The notes beneath the pieces were generated by a model. That model did no database searches. It had not been told where the DNA came from and saw nothing but the letters and a program-made list of their open reading frames with translations. Shown here in pieces: positions 30,629-45,537 of a stretch of 64,000 nucleotides of DNA (position 1 is the first letter of the stretch; each line of letters opens with the position of its first letter). The position numbers and the translations under genes are program-made. Origin of the DNA: Eledone cirrhosa (lineage: Eukaryota); NCBI GenBank assembly GCA_964016885.1, contig OZ024746.1, forward strand, positions 10,788,001 to 10,852,000, given 5' to 3'.

Positions 30629-31018
30629 TGATATGTGGTGACAGTCGAGTTTGCAATTTTCAACTGTAATGAGATGGGTAAATTTCCTACCTTTTATACA
30701 TTTTATACAGAGAAAAGTGGCTCCAGAATGCAAAGCCCTGTAAACTGTATTTCGACCAATCAGTGTGTAGTTTCACTGAATTACTACAGCTGATTGGTTT
30801 AAGCGTCACGGCTGGTTGAGCATGCTAACGACCAATAGTCATATCCAACGTATCAATTGTTTTGCTTTTTTGAAATGATGAAAATAGCATTTTCTATTAA
30901 TCATCACCATCAACATCACTTTTATTATTATTATTATTGTTGTTGTTGTTGTTGTTAGTGGTCGTGGTCATAGTGGTAGTAGAAGTAATACCCCTAGGCG
31001 TTATTATTGTTCATTTAG

Positions 31019-31029
<11 letters not shown>

Positions 31030-31050
<21 letters not shown>

Positions 31051-31607
31051 TATGAAGAGAGAAGAAACATTTAGATATAATTAGTAATAAAATGTATCAT
31101 ACCTAAACTGCTCCTAAATTCCTCGACTACGTAGTTTCGTGGCATAAACAAAAACAATATATCAAAGATATAGAGTCCCTGCGAGGTCTGCCGACTTATC
31201 AAGAGGATACCTCATTTTACTAGTCTCAAGAACGCGTCTACACGACGTGAGAAAGAATCCCAAAAGGCGGAGGGGGAGATAGTCACGCGATATAACGGTC
31301 GAGAAACAGAGCTAAGCCTCTTATAACCACGAAGAAAATACCACGGAGGCGGAGGGGGTATTCATATCGAGGCCGTAGAAGAGGTAGTGAAGAAGGCGAG
31401 AAGTATGAGTAATGGAAGCTTTCCAGTTGTCCCCACACTTCAAAGATTGCTCGACCAGAGGGAGTTATTAACAATATATTTAGAAACACACAGATACATG
31501 CGGACACACACATATATACATGAATGCATTAACTCATAGTTGGGTGCGGATGCATTCATGTATATATGTGTGTGTCCGCATGTATCTGTGTGTTTCTAAA
31601 TATATTG

Positions 31608-31612
<5 letters not shown>
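31030..31612 (-). mobile_element. PLE terminal remnant with a fold-back end
   Basis: (TA)n on both sides, inverted repeat 31469-31529 / 31550-31610, HHR inside. Confidence 0.65.
31120..31207 (-). ncRNA. Type I HHR candidate, U3:A8 core, branched stem II
   Basis: TCCTC-TTGATAA-GT(C)GGCA...TGCCAC-GAAA-CTACGTAG-TC^GAGGA (GUC triplet). Confidence 0.65.
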
Positions 31613-31677
<65 letters not shown>

Positions 31678-31680
<3 letters not shown>

Positions 31681-31796
31681 TGCTACTGTACGTCTGTATA
31701 CATATATGTATGTACGTATACATACATACTTACATTTAAGTAAGTGCCATACTAAGAGTGAGAAATGAAATTTCGTTTTCATTTTATTTCAACTTA
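31678..31796 (+). mobile_element. Solo terminal repeat of the 50.4-51.6 kb HHR element
   Basis: Matches 51050-51168 and 51509-51627, in (TA)n. Confidence 0.8.
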
Positions 31797-32079
31797 TATA
31801 TATATATATATTCGCATATCTATTGACTCGGTTACGCAAACGTACACATACTAATATATAATTCTATACATATACATATTTACATTTTGATTTACATATT
31901 TACGTAGATAGAGAAAAGTGTAAGCACCTACACACACACACATACACATACAACAGCGTCCTCAGACATACTCACATACATGCGAACACAGCCACACATA
32001 CATACACCTTTCCTATTCCAACACATAATCTACAGTATAATAACTAGAAGAGTAAAATATTACCCTCTGTTGCGTTAAT

Positions 32080-33133
32080 AACACACACTCACACACACTC
32101 TACCGCTATCACACACACATCCCCTCTCACTATCACACACACACACCCCCTCTCACTATCACACACACACACTAACACACTCACACACACTCTACCGCTA
32201 TCACACACACATCCCCTCTCACTATCACACACACACACACTAACACACTCACACACACTCTACCGCTATCACACGCACATCCCCTCTCACTATCACACAC
32301 ACACCCCTTCTCACTATCACACACACACACTAACACACTCACACACACTCTACCGCTATCACACACACATCCCCTCTCACTATCACACACACACACACTA
32401 ACACACCACACACACTCTACCGCTATCACACACACATCCCCTCTCACTATCACACACTAACACACACACACACTCTACCGCTATCACACACACATCCCCT
32501 CTCACTATCACACACACTCACTAACACACCACACACACTCTACTGCTATCACACACTCATCCCCTCTCACTATCACACACACACACTAACACACCAAACA
32601 CACTCTACCGCTATCACACACACATCCCCTCTCACTCTCACACACACACACACACTCTCTCACTATCACACACACACACTAACGCACCACACACACACTC
32701 TCTCACTATCACACACACACACTAACGCACCACACACACACTCTCTCACTATCACACACACACACTAACACACCACACACACTCTACCGCTATCACACAC
32801 ACTCTCCCTCTCTCACTATCATAACACTCTCCCTCTCTCACTATCACAACACTCTCCCTCTCTCACTATCACAACACTCTCCCTCTCTCACTATCACACA
32901 CACTCTCCCTCTCTCACTATCACACACACTCTCTCACTCACCCACTAACACACCATACACACACACTCTCTCTCACACACGCACACTATCACCACACACA
33001 GACCCCCTCTCTCTCTCTCTCACTATCACACACACACTAACACACCGCTCTCTCTCTCTCTCTCTCTCACTCTCTCTCTCACACACTAACACACCACTCT
33101 CTCTCTCTCTCTCTCTCTCACACTAACACACCA

Positions 33134-33172
<39 letters not shown>

Positions 33173-36100
33173 TAACACACCACCCCCTCTCTCTCTCTCA
33201 CACACTAACACACCACTCTCTCTCTCTCACACACTAACACACCACTCTCTCTCTCTCTCTCACATTCTCACACACACACTCTCACACACACTCTCTTTCT
33301 CACACATTAACACACACACACTCTCTCTCTCTCACACACTAACACACTCTCTCTCACACACTCTCTCTCTCACACACTAACACACTCTATCTCACACACT
33401 CTCTCTCTCACACACTAACACACTCTCTCTCACACACTAACACACTCTCTCTCACACACTCTCTCTCTCACACACTAACACACTCTCTCTCACACACTAA
33501 CACACTCTCTCTCACACACTAACACACTCTATCTCACACACTCTCTCTCTCACACACTAACACACTCTCTCTCACATACTAACACACTCTCTCTCACACA
33601 CTCTCTCTTACACACTAACACACTCTCTCTCACACACTCTCTCTCTCACACACTAACACACTCTCTCTCACACTCTCTCTCTTTCACATACTAACACACT
33701 CTATCTCACACACACTCTCTTTCACATACTAAGACACTCTCTCTCACACACTCTCTCTCTCACACACTAACACACTCTATCTCACACACTCTCTCTCTCA
33801 CACACTAACACACTCTCTCTCACACACTAACACACTCTATCTCACACACACTCTCTTTCACATACTAAGACACTCTCTCTCACACACTCTCTCTCTCACA
33901 CACTAACACACTCTATCTCACACACTCTCTCTCTCACACACCAACACACTCTATCTCACACACTCTCTCTCTCACACACTAACACACTCTCTCTCACACA
34001 CTAACACACTCTCTCTCACACACACTCTCTCTCACACACTAACACACTCTCTCTCACACACTAACACACTCTCTCTCACACACTAATACACACACTCTCT
34101 CTCTCTCACACACTAACACACTCTCTCTCTCACACACTAACACACTCTCTCTCTCTCACACTAACATACACACTCTCTCTCTCACACACTAACACACTCT
34201 CTCTCACACACTAACACACTCTATCTCACACACTCTCTCTCTCACACACTAACACACTCTCTCTCACACACTCTCTCTCTCACACACTAACACACTCTAT
34301 CTCACACACTCTCTCTCTCACACACTAACACACTCTCTCTCACACACTCTCTCTCTCACACACTAACACACTCTATCTCACACACTCTCTCTCTCACACA
34401 CTAACACACTCTCTCTCACACACTAACACACTCTATCTCACACACTCTCTCTCTCACACACTAACACACTCACTCTCTCACACACTAACACACACTCTCT
34501 CTCTCTCTCTCTCTCACACACTAACACACTCTCTCTCACACACTAACACACACACTCTCTCTCTCACACACTAACACACACACTCTCTCTCTCTCACACA
34601 CTAACACACTCTCTCTCACACACTAATACACACACTCTCTCTCTCTCACACACTAACACACTCTCTCTCTCACACACTAACACACTCTCTCTCACACACT
34701 AACACACTCTATCTCACACACTCTCTCTTTCACATACTAACACACTCTCTCTCTCTCACACTAACATACACACTCTCTCTCTCACACACTAACACACTCT
34801 CTCTCACACACTAACACACTCTCTCTCACACACTAACACACACTCTCTCTCTCACACACTAACACACTCTCTCTCACACACTAACACTCTCTCTCTCACA
34901 CACTAACACACTCTCTCTCTCTCACACACTAACACACACACTCTCTCTCTCTCACACACTAACACACTCTCTCTCTCACACACTAACACACTCTCTCTCT
35001 CACACACTAACACACTCTCTCTCTCACACACTAACACACTCTCTCTCTCACACACTAACACACACACTCTCTCTCACACACTAACACACACTCTCTCTCT
35101 CACACACTAACATACTCTCTCTCTCACACACTAACACACACACTCTCTCTCTCACACACTAACACACTCTCTCTCTCACACACTAACACACTCTCTCTCT
35201 CACACACTAACACACACACTCTCTCTCACACACTAACACACTCTCTCTATCACACACTAACACACACACTCTCTCTTTCACACACTAACACACTCTCTCT
35301 CTCACACACTAACACACTCTCTCTCACACACTAACACTCTCTCTCTCACACACTAACACACTCTCTCTCACACACTAACACACACTCTCTCACACACTAA
35401 CACACTCTCTCTCTCACACACTAACACACACACTCTCTCTCTCACACACTAACACACTCTCTCTCTCACACACTAACACACTCTCTCTCACACACTAACA
35501 CACTCTCTCTCACACACTAACACACTCTCTCTCACACACTAACACACACTCTCTCTCACATACTAACACACTCTCTCTCACACACTAACACACACTCTCT
35601 CACACACTAACACACTCTCTCTCTCACACACTAACACACACACTCTCTCTCTCACACACTAACACACTCTCTCTCTCACACACTAACACACTCTCTCTCA
35701 CACACTAACACACTCTCTCTCACACACTAACACACTCTCTCTCACACACTAACACACTCTCTCTCACACACTAACACACACTCTCTCTCACACACTAACA
35801 CACTCTCTCTCTCTCACACTAACACACTCTCTCTCTCTCACACTTAAACACTCTCTCTCACACACTAACACACTCTCTCTCTCTCACACTAACACACTCT
35901 CTCTCTCACACAGTAACACACTCTCTCTCACACACTAACACACTCTCTCTCACACACTAACACACTCTCTCTCACACACTAACACACTCTCTCTCACATA
36001 CTAACACACTCTCTCTCTCACACACTAACACACTCTCTCTCACACACTAACACACTCTCTCTCACATACTAACACACTCTCTCTCACACATTAACACACT

Positions 36101-36665
36101 CTCTCTCACACACTAACACACACTCTCTCTCTCACACTAACACACTCTCTCTCACACACTAACCCACTCTCTCTCACACACTAACACACTCTCTCTCACA
36201 TACTAACACACTCTCTCTCACACACTAACACACTCTCTCTCACACACTAACACACACTCTCTCTCTCACACACTAACACACTCTCTCTCACACACTAACA
36301 CACTCTCTCTCACACACTAACACACACTCTCTCTCTCACACACTAACACACTCTCTCTCTCACACACTAACACACACACTCTCTCTCTCACACACTAACA
36401 CACTCTCACTCTCACACACTAACACACACTCTCTCTCTCACACACTAACACACTCTCTCTCTCACACACTAACACACACTCTCTCACACACTAACACACA
36501 CTCTCTCACACACTCTCACACACACTCTCACACGCACTCTCTCTCTCTCTCTCTCTCACATTCTCACACACACTAACACACACACTCTCTCTCACACACA
36601 CTCACACACACTCACACACTCACACACACACTCACACACACACTCTCTATCACACACTCACATAC
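32080..36665. repeat. 4.6-kb compound minisatellite built from (CA)n/(CT)n with CTAA spacers
   Basis: ~55-70-bp units (TACCGCTAT, ATCCCCT) at 32080-32800, then ~20-24-bp CTAACACACTCTCTCTCACACA units. Confidence 0.95.
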
Positions 36666-38518
36666 ATATATACATAGTAATGTGTTAGGAATACGAAATA
36701 TATTGATGGTTCTTTTCTTTGTTCTTTTATTCCTTGGTAAGTGTTCAGAATCTCAATGGCGGCCATTTATCTGTCATTATGTTAATTTCTTTCCATAAGT
36801 CACTCATGTAGCTGCTGACGGCAACATTTTAACATCTACATGAAAGCAGCTTTTCAAATCTACTCCTCACCTCTAATCATAACTATTCCAATGCTGAGTT
36901 TTTGATCTAAATAACACTTTTTCTTGTTATATTCACCAGAGACAGTAAGTATATATAAATCTATTGATTCACTTACTTTATTTTTATGAAACTCTTAGTT
37001 TGATTTTGACTTTATCATTATTATTATTATCATTATTATTATTATTGTTGTCGTTGTTGTTGTCGGGTATCTCAGGGTAGTTCTGGTCAGGCAAGCATGT
37101 CCGTGTAATAGACGAATGATTAATCAAGCGATTTAAAAAATCCCTTGGTGTGCTTACTGTATGCATTTACAAAGATGTGTTTCTATTCTATTAGTCCATT
37201 TTATCAACCCTATAGAGCCTCATTTTGAAGGGGTTCCCAGATTATCAATGTTTCATGTCAAATTCTTTTATTACTCGAATCAACGAGACTTTCAAAAGAC
37301 ATATCCTGTTTCTGAGACCCATACTGTTGTTACTCTCTCGGTGAAAAGAAGTGAGGAGGATTTGTGATGTTCATATTTTTATGAACGGCATTTCACGTGT
37401 AAATAAAAATACTGCCAACAATTCTGAGACTTAAATCACAGTTTGTTTTAACTTAAAGTTTCAACAGGGGATTCTCTTCACATCATGAAACGAGTTATAT
37501 CCATTTAATTAATTGTAATTATTATTTATTATTTAACCATCCAATGCTACGCTACTCGTCGAACCGTCATTAGACAGTTTCTAGAGTATATCAATTTTTC
37601 TATGAGACGAGGATGCTAAACACTCGTTTAAGTCTTCTCCATTTCTTGAAGAAAAGATTCTGAGTCATTTCCCACAACACATCGTACGACTCAACGTAAT
37701 CGATTCTGAGAGAAAAAGAAAGAGAGGGGGGGGGGGGGATAGAGGGAAGTGAGAAGGAAATAGAGGGAAGTGAGAGACATACAGAGAGTAAAGAATTAAC
37801 CCAAATAATTTACTGGTGCTTTATTTATAGGCCCCGAAATGTTCAAAGGCAAAGTGGAATCGATGCCTTGCGTCCGATGTTCTTATGACTGTCAATAATG
37901 AATATTGTTTCAACAAACTGACATTACGTTATAAGATCCGTGTATAAGTGTAACTGATCTGAATCTACTATTATTTAAACTTATTTACTGAATACCACAA
38001 TATGAAGTATAAACTACTACATGTCACTTGGATGATTACATAAATACACGTAACACAATTGATCTTCTAAAATCAGCGAACCATGTAATGACAAAACAAA
38101 TATTTGAAGCTGGAGTCCTTTTTGTAAGTGTCTCGATTAAGAATATTATTGAAGTTCTCCTTTCTTTCACCCAAAATAGAAAAGGATATCATTACTTGTT
38201 TCTTTGGGATAGTTGCTGGCCTTGTGCCAAAGGTAGAAACAATTGTTTCTTAGAGTGAAGTCATTTCAGGGCCGTATAACTTTTTCTATTGAAATTTCTT
38301 CAGATCACTCAACTATATTGAATGGTATTAAACGATTCTCTCAAAAACATTGTCAGTGCTATTAATGTGAATGGACCAAAATCTATATATCTAAAACAGA
38401 GAATGTCTGGCTGTCTGCATTACGACATTATGAAAACATTGATTTCGCTATCTGTGTGTGTGTGTGTATGTATATATAGTGTGAGTATGTATATATATAT
38501 AGTGTAGGGAACGTCTTC

Positions 38519-38663
38519 ACGAACCAAAGTATCGTCTTCCTGTTTTCCTTCGGTTGCAACGTTTTTCGAAATATTTACTTCTGCGTTCACAGATTGATTT
38601 TTTTAGTTTCAGAAGATCCCGTTAAGGGTGAAAGCAGCGATTCTTTGTTTAAACTTTAATCTG

Positions 38664-38670
<7 letters not shown>
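38519..38670 (+). mobile_element. Third copy of the CAGAAGA-HHR PLE terminus
   Basis: Matches 17170-17325 (reverse complement), ends in (TA)n. Confidence 0.75.
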
Positions 38671-38698
<28 letters not shown>

Positions 38699-39151
38699 AA
38701 AAAATGGGGAGAAGAATACTGCTGGTTGCACATGGATAACATGTAATAAATAAGTCCCTCATCAGTGATTTGCCGACGATCATAGATATTTCATTGCATT
38801 AAAAATCATATACCTCACGTCGGTGCAATAATAACTAAATTAAGTTATTAGGACAATTAAAACGCGTAAAGCGAGTGAAACAAGATAACAACAAAGAGGA
38901 TAGCTAACCGTAGAAGGAAGGGAACAAGCTTCATAGTTATTCTGTTAGCATAAGCTATATGAGCGCTTAGAAAAAAGACCTTTCAGGAGCGAATTCAAAT
39001 GTGAGAAAGAGAGAAAATGATTTCGTCGCGAACGGGGTGAAGTGAGAAGAGGAGAAACAGTGAGTGAGTGAGTGGAAGTGTGAGGAAGAGTTAACTGACA
39101 TGACAGAGGGGGCGAAAGAAAGTAGGAGAAACAGAGAGAGCGAGGGAGCAG

Positions 39152-39190
<39 letters not shown>

Positions 39191-39338
39191 TATATTCGCG
39201 TACAGATATTTTTGCATACACAAAAACAAAATATAAACAAACGTATTTATTTCACGAAAGCACAGACGGCTTATCGTCATTGTTACTGCCGATATGCCAC
39301 CAACAAAGTCCCACAAACATGCCAATCTATGTTTAGAA

Positions 39339-39368
39339 TCCAGAGCAACGCCGGGCCCTTCTGCTAGT
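39339..39368 (+). mobile_element. Possible Helitron 3' terminus
   Basis: GC-rich imperfect hairpin CCAGAGCAACGCCGGG followed by CTAG|T. The 5' end was not identified. Confidence 0.4.
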
Positions 39369-40209
39369 ACTAACTCGAGGTCGATAAAAACTTACCAGTC
39401 CAGTACTAGAGTCGTTTCTTCCTCTATATCTCTTTATCACTTATTCTCTTTATCAGTCTCTTTCTCTGGAAGAAATATGGCGTGTTCAGACTTGGAGAGG
39501 GGATGGGCTCCGCCAGGTTTCAAAAATGTTCAAGAAACGCTGTATGACACTACAGCAGCACCCCTACGGCTTCATCAGAATTTACGGGTATATACATTCA
39601 TAAGTAAATATACTCATACAGACTTACTATACTACCGAGTTTGCCATTGAATAATAATAATAATAATAATAATCTCAGACAATGATGTTATGATATACCT
39701 CAGCCTCACTTTCTTTGAGTGAATTCGATCCCTTTCTAAAATCTATCGTTGTATTGTAATACTAACAAAACAACGTTGGTAGTTCTTTTGTTTTATGTCG
39801 CGACAAATTCCGTTTTCGGGTGTTAGATTATAACTTCTTGGGTTTGTATGTGTATTAGTTTGTATCATTGAAATATTTTCTGTTTATCTTTTTTATTCAT
39901 TTTTTTTTGTGTATTCGAAAATCATTTCATCAGTTTTTTAAGGAAACACACTCAGTGTTAGTTCAGTTTTTGACATCATTTCTTGTTCCTCATGTATTAG
40001 AAGCCATATTAAATTGAATGTAAACAAGAATTTTCTGCAAAAATATAAGATAATATATAAAAGACAGATATTTTGTCAACTATGAGTATATAATATGTTT
40101 CCAAGGTTCACTGTTTGCAGCATAATCCAAACAGTAAACATTTCATCCAGCAAAATTTGGTAATAATCCAACTTCCAGAAGCCATATAAGACACGTCCAT
40201 CCACATCAC

Positions 40210-40490
40210 TTCTACTACTACTACTACTACTACTGCTGTTGCTACTACTACTACTACTACTGCTACTACTACTACTACCACCATCACCACCACTACTACT
40301 ACTACTACTATTACTACTGCTGCTGCTGCTACTACTACTACTACTACCACCACCACCTCCACCACCACTACTACTACTACTACTACAACCACTACTACTA
40401 CTACTACTACCACCACCACCGCCACCACTACCACCACTACTACCACCACTACTACTACTACTACTAATACTACTACTACTAATAATAATA
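40210..40490. repeat. (CTA/CCA)n trinucleotide tract
   Basis: Visible directly. Confidence 0.9.
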
Positions 40491-40674
40491 ATTGTTTCTA
40501 CTTTTGGCACAAGCCCAGCTATTACCCCAGTGCATTACTGGTACTTTATTTTATCGACCCCGTAAGAATGAAAGGCAAAGTTAACCTCAGCGGGATTTGA
40601 ACTCAGAATGGTAAGGGCCGTAACTCATGCGTCAAAGCATGGCGTCCGACCCTCTACCGATACTGCCAATCCAC
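40481..40674 (-). mobile_element. tRNA-derived SINE fused to a Dong-like 3' fragment
   Basis: Consensus SINE lacking its first ~4 nt and with no TSD. Confidence 0.9.
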
Positions 40675-40802
40675 GTCCTGAATATCTGAGGCTGCAGGTA
40701 GTGGCTTGATATTCATTTCAACAAACTTTCCAGTTAACTAACATCAATGACTGAGACTCAAAGAGTAATAACAATAATAATAATAATAATAATAATAATA
40801 AT
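40673..40802 (+). mobile_element. Very short 3' fragment of the Dong/R4-like LINE with (AAT)n tail
   Basis: Nearly identical to 43028-43119. Confidence 0.88.
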
Positions 40803-40804
40803 TG

Positions 40805-41386
40805 TTGTCCCACGTAATATAAGACTGCAAGGACCTGGCAGAGAAACAGTTGGACAGACGACAAAATTGCATTAGTATCGCATCAGTTATACAGTAGCAA
40901 TTGAGTAAAAACATGCGTACAATATACATTATATAGAAATGTATGAAGATAATCCAGTGAAAGTCATCGAAATTTATAGGGCTGGAAAACCCAAAGCAGA
41001 TAAGGGACTGGAACGCTGAACACTTTAGTTGTATTAGAGAAATATATACTAGAGCTTGCAGGATAATAGTTGTCCTCCCGTACGACACTAGGGTGATATA
41101 AGAAGAAAACGAGAAGGTTGATTAATATCAAGATCTAAAGGTTGTGAACCTACAAGGGAGATAATAGTAATTCTTCTTATTATAAGATCACTAGGTGTAT
41201 CTGAATATATCACCAAATGGCTGTATATGATCAGCCTAATAAACTTACAGAACAACATCGTCATTGTACAACTATAACCTTAAGATATGTGCTGAATATC
41301 TGAAGACGTGAAGGTAGTGGCTTAATATTCAACAAACGAAACCGACCGAACCACAAATACATCTTCTGTGCAACTTAAATAATAAT
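40805..41386 (+). mobile_element. Old degenerate Dong/R4-like 3' fragment
   Basis: KYQDLK-like remnant and LRYVLNI* (AGATATGTGCTGAATATCTGA), then GGTAGTGGCTT as in the 3'UTR at 43052, ending in AATAATAAT. Confidence 0.65.
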
Positions 41387-41405
41387 TGTTTCTACTTTCC
41401 ACCCG

Positions 41406-43044
41406 AAGTCCTGGGAAACAGAGTTAACATCGGGTGGAGAATCCTTGGGAAGCGTGAAGATCAAGAGAGGTATCTTCCAGGGAGATAGTTTGTCCCCTCT
41501 GCTGTTTGTCCTTGTCCTGAAACCCCTGACCGTTATATTGCGAAAAGTGAGAGCAGGATACAAGTTAGGAAAAGAAGAGCTTACCATCAATCACCTCCTC
41601 TTCATGGACGATCTTAAACTCTTTGGGAAGAGTGAGACGGAGTTGGATGTACTTGTTGACACTGTCCGTATTTTCAGCAATGATATATGTATGTAATTTG
41701 GTATTAGTAAGTGTGGAGTCCATGTGATGAGGAGGGGTAAATTGAGGAGAAGCAACGGAATCCAGGTACCAACAGGTGAGATGATAGAGGAAATTGACAC
41801 TGAGGAGGGATACAAATATTTAGGTGTTCTGGAGGCAGATGATATCAAGAACAAAAAAATGAAGGAATTGATAAGATCTGAGTACATAGGGAGAGTAAGG
41901 AGCGTATTAAAGTCACACCTGAACAGTAGGAATGCCATAAGTGCAGTGAATTCCCGAGCTGTGCCAATTATTAGGTACAGTGCGGGAATTCTGAGATGGA
42001 ATATTTCTGAACAAAAAGAAATGTTTAGGAAGACTAGGAAGCTATTGACTATCTACAAGATGTTCCACAAGAGGAGTGATGTCGATAGACTCTACTTAAA
42101 GAGATCTGAAGGTGGAAGAGGTCTTATCAGCATAGAGGACTGTGTTCAGATGGAGAAAAACAACCTGCACATATACGTGACTGACAGTAGGGAGCCAATG
42201 CTCAAAATTGTACTGAAGGAGAAAACAATAGACCAGGGGATGACCAAGGAGGAAATAACAACAAGGAGGAGGAGGAGCAACCTTCATGAAAAATCCCTTC
42301 ATAGTACCTTCTTTAGGAAAACTGAATTTAGAGATCCACAGACATGGAACTGGTTAAAAAGAGGACACCTTAAAAAAGCTGCAGAAGGAATGCTAGTGGC
42401 TGCGCAAGAGCAAGCCCTCAGAACGAAGTGGGTGAAACACCATATTTACAAGGAGGAGGCTAGCTCACTATGTAGGATCTGTGAAGAGAGAGAGGAGACT
42501 GTGGTTCACATTGTATCCGAGTGTAAACACCTATCCCAGACTCACTATAAAGGCTGGAGACATGATGTGATAGGCAGGGTGATCCACTGGTATCTATGCA
42601 AAGTAAACAATTTATCACATTCTGAGAAGTGGTATGAACATAAGCCAGAGTCGGTGATAGAAAACGATCAGGTGAAGGTGCTATGGGATTTTAGGATACA
42701 GACGGACAAGAAATTAGAACACAATAGGCCTGACCTGGTGGTTTTGGACAAGGAAAAAAGATCGTGCCTGATTGTAGATTGTAGCCTGCCCATTTGACAA
42801 GAGAGTGCAAGAAAGGGAGAGGGAGAAAATTAACCGATACCTGGAATTAAAGTGGAAGTTAAAAAGGATTTAGAACTGCCATGAAGTCAAGGTCGTCCCG
42901 ATTGTCATAGGAGCACTAGGTAATATCTCAAAGAGTTTCCAAGGATGGTTAAAGAAGATTAGTCCCGCCCCGCTTTTTGGAACACTTCAAAAGGCATGCT
43001 TGCTGGGAACAGCAAGAACCCTCCGATACGTCCTGAATATCTGA
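41406..43044 (+). pseudogene. Disrupted RT + CCHC + RLE ORF of the Dong-like element
   Basis: In-frame TAA at 41694, +1 frameshift near 42781 (DVACPFD), TAG at 42871, natural stop 43042-43044. Confidence 0.88.
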
Positions 43045-43121
43045 GGCTGCAGGTAGTGGCTTGATATTCATTTCAACAAACTTTCCAGTTAAATAACATC
43101 AATGACTGAGACTCAAAGAAC

Positions 43122-43157
<36 letters not shown>
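41406..43157 (+). mobile_element. 5'-truncated R4/Dong-like RLE non-LTR retrotransposon ending in (AAT)n
   Basis: RT motifs GIFQGDSLSP, HLLFMDDLKL and YKYLG; CCHC finger (CRIC...H..SEC); RHD; RPDLVV; VPIVIGALG; 75-bp 3'UTR then (AAT)n. Confidence 0.92.
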
Positions 43158-43158
<1 letters not shown>

Positions 43159-43735
43159 GTGACGATGATTCTAATAATAATACTGTTTATTATAAGAAAA
43201 AAAAAACACATATACAATTGCGTATAATTACATACATTTTGAACTACACTCCAAGCAAAATACTTATTAGTAGAAGACGAAGAAAAAATACTCATTGCAT
43301 ACAATAGTGAAATACGATAGAGAAGATAAATATGTAAAAAATGGCAATTTAAATAACGTAAAGAAAACAGGAAAATAATAAATTAGAACATTCTAGTTCC
43401 AACACAGAAGACATATAAATGTAACGAGTGTAATTTACATACATAATCTCACCCAAATTCGCAAACTTACACATGTGAATTCATATAAATATTGACTAGC
43501 AAATTCACAAACAACCCTCCCATATAAAAATACTCAAAGAAAGAGATATATTCATTCCAAGAAAGAGATATTTTGATAAATATTTATAGGTTTCAAATAC
43601 TTTATAATTTCATCTGAAAATTTCAGAATGATTGCGAGAGGTTGCAGCTCCGTAGCCAACGACTTTTCCTTACACAAACAAAATTCCTCCGTGCATAGAT
43701 TTAACACACATAGACACTATACATATCACCTCCCC

Positions 43736-43766
<31 letters not shown>

Positions 43767-43795
43767 ATACACGCACCCAAACACACACACGCACC

Positions 43796-44720
<925 letters not shown>

Positions 44721-45537
44721 ATACAGATACTAGGGCATTCTGAAAAACCTGCAGCAGTGGGGAATTTTGAAATTTTTATCTATCAGGCCGAGGAAATTTT
44801 TATCAATGTAAGTCAAAACGTTTAATAAAAATAATGCGATTATATAATGCTGTGCTGTTTATATTTAGTGTGAGATAGTGGAGGATGTAGATCGAAGTAA
44901 GTTTATCTTTGAATCCACTGTTTGTTACAGTGCTATTGTACTAGGGAACCGATTTGTTGGGGATTTCTTTGTTTCAAGAGAGTCTGAAGATTAAACAAAT
45001 GGTGTTACGAATTAGGGTTTTTAAATGTTATGGGAAAGTGAGAAGACATTTTGTTACTATATAAGTTATTTGTTTAGTTAACTGCACATTTTTATATTTT
45101 ATTTGTGGAGGATGAGTGACATCTAGGAAGTTTACAATATAAAGATTAATGGTCGTGGTTATTTTAAGGCCGGAATTCATAAATGTTTGATAATAATGAT
45201 GATGATAATGGTTATTATAGTGACAGCCACGATGATAATATCTTCAACCGACTTTCTTATGAACACAGGTGAGAAGTGTGTTTATGATACAAGTTATACC
45301 ATAAAACAATAAAACAGATGAAAATAAGAAAAGAAACAATTGAATAATATTATTGTCAGACATGTTTAAGATACAATCTCTTGTTAAACTATTGAACTTA
45401 GAGGAACTGCAGCTGTTACTGTTTATATGTATTCTGTTAATCTTCCTTTTAAAACATTTAGAATTGAAAACTGAACACCATCTCTTAAGATGTGCTATCA
45501 AATATAATACATTATTCATTCATTTCTTTTGTATGTA

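Noticed and set aside
33000-36500. Telomere-like CTAA/TTAG motif
   Set aside because: No TTAGGG or TTAGG units; CTAA is just a spacer between dinucleotide runs.
38745-38790. CTGATGA (minus strand) in a (TA)n-adjacent insert
   Set aside because: No GAAA or 3' half found.
40076-40565. Poly-Ser/Gly/Val/Leu ORFs
   Set aside because: (CTA/CCA)n repeat.
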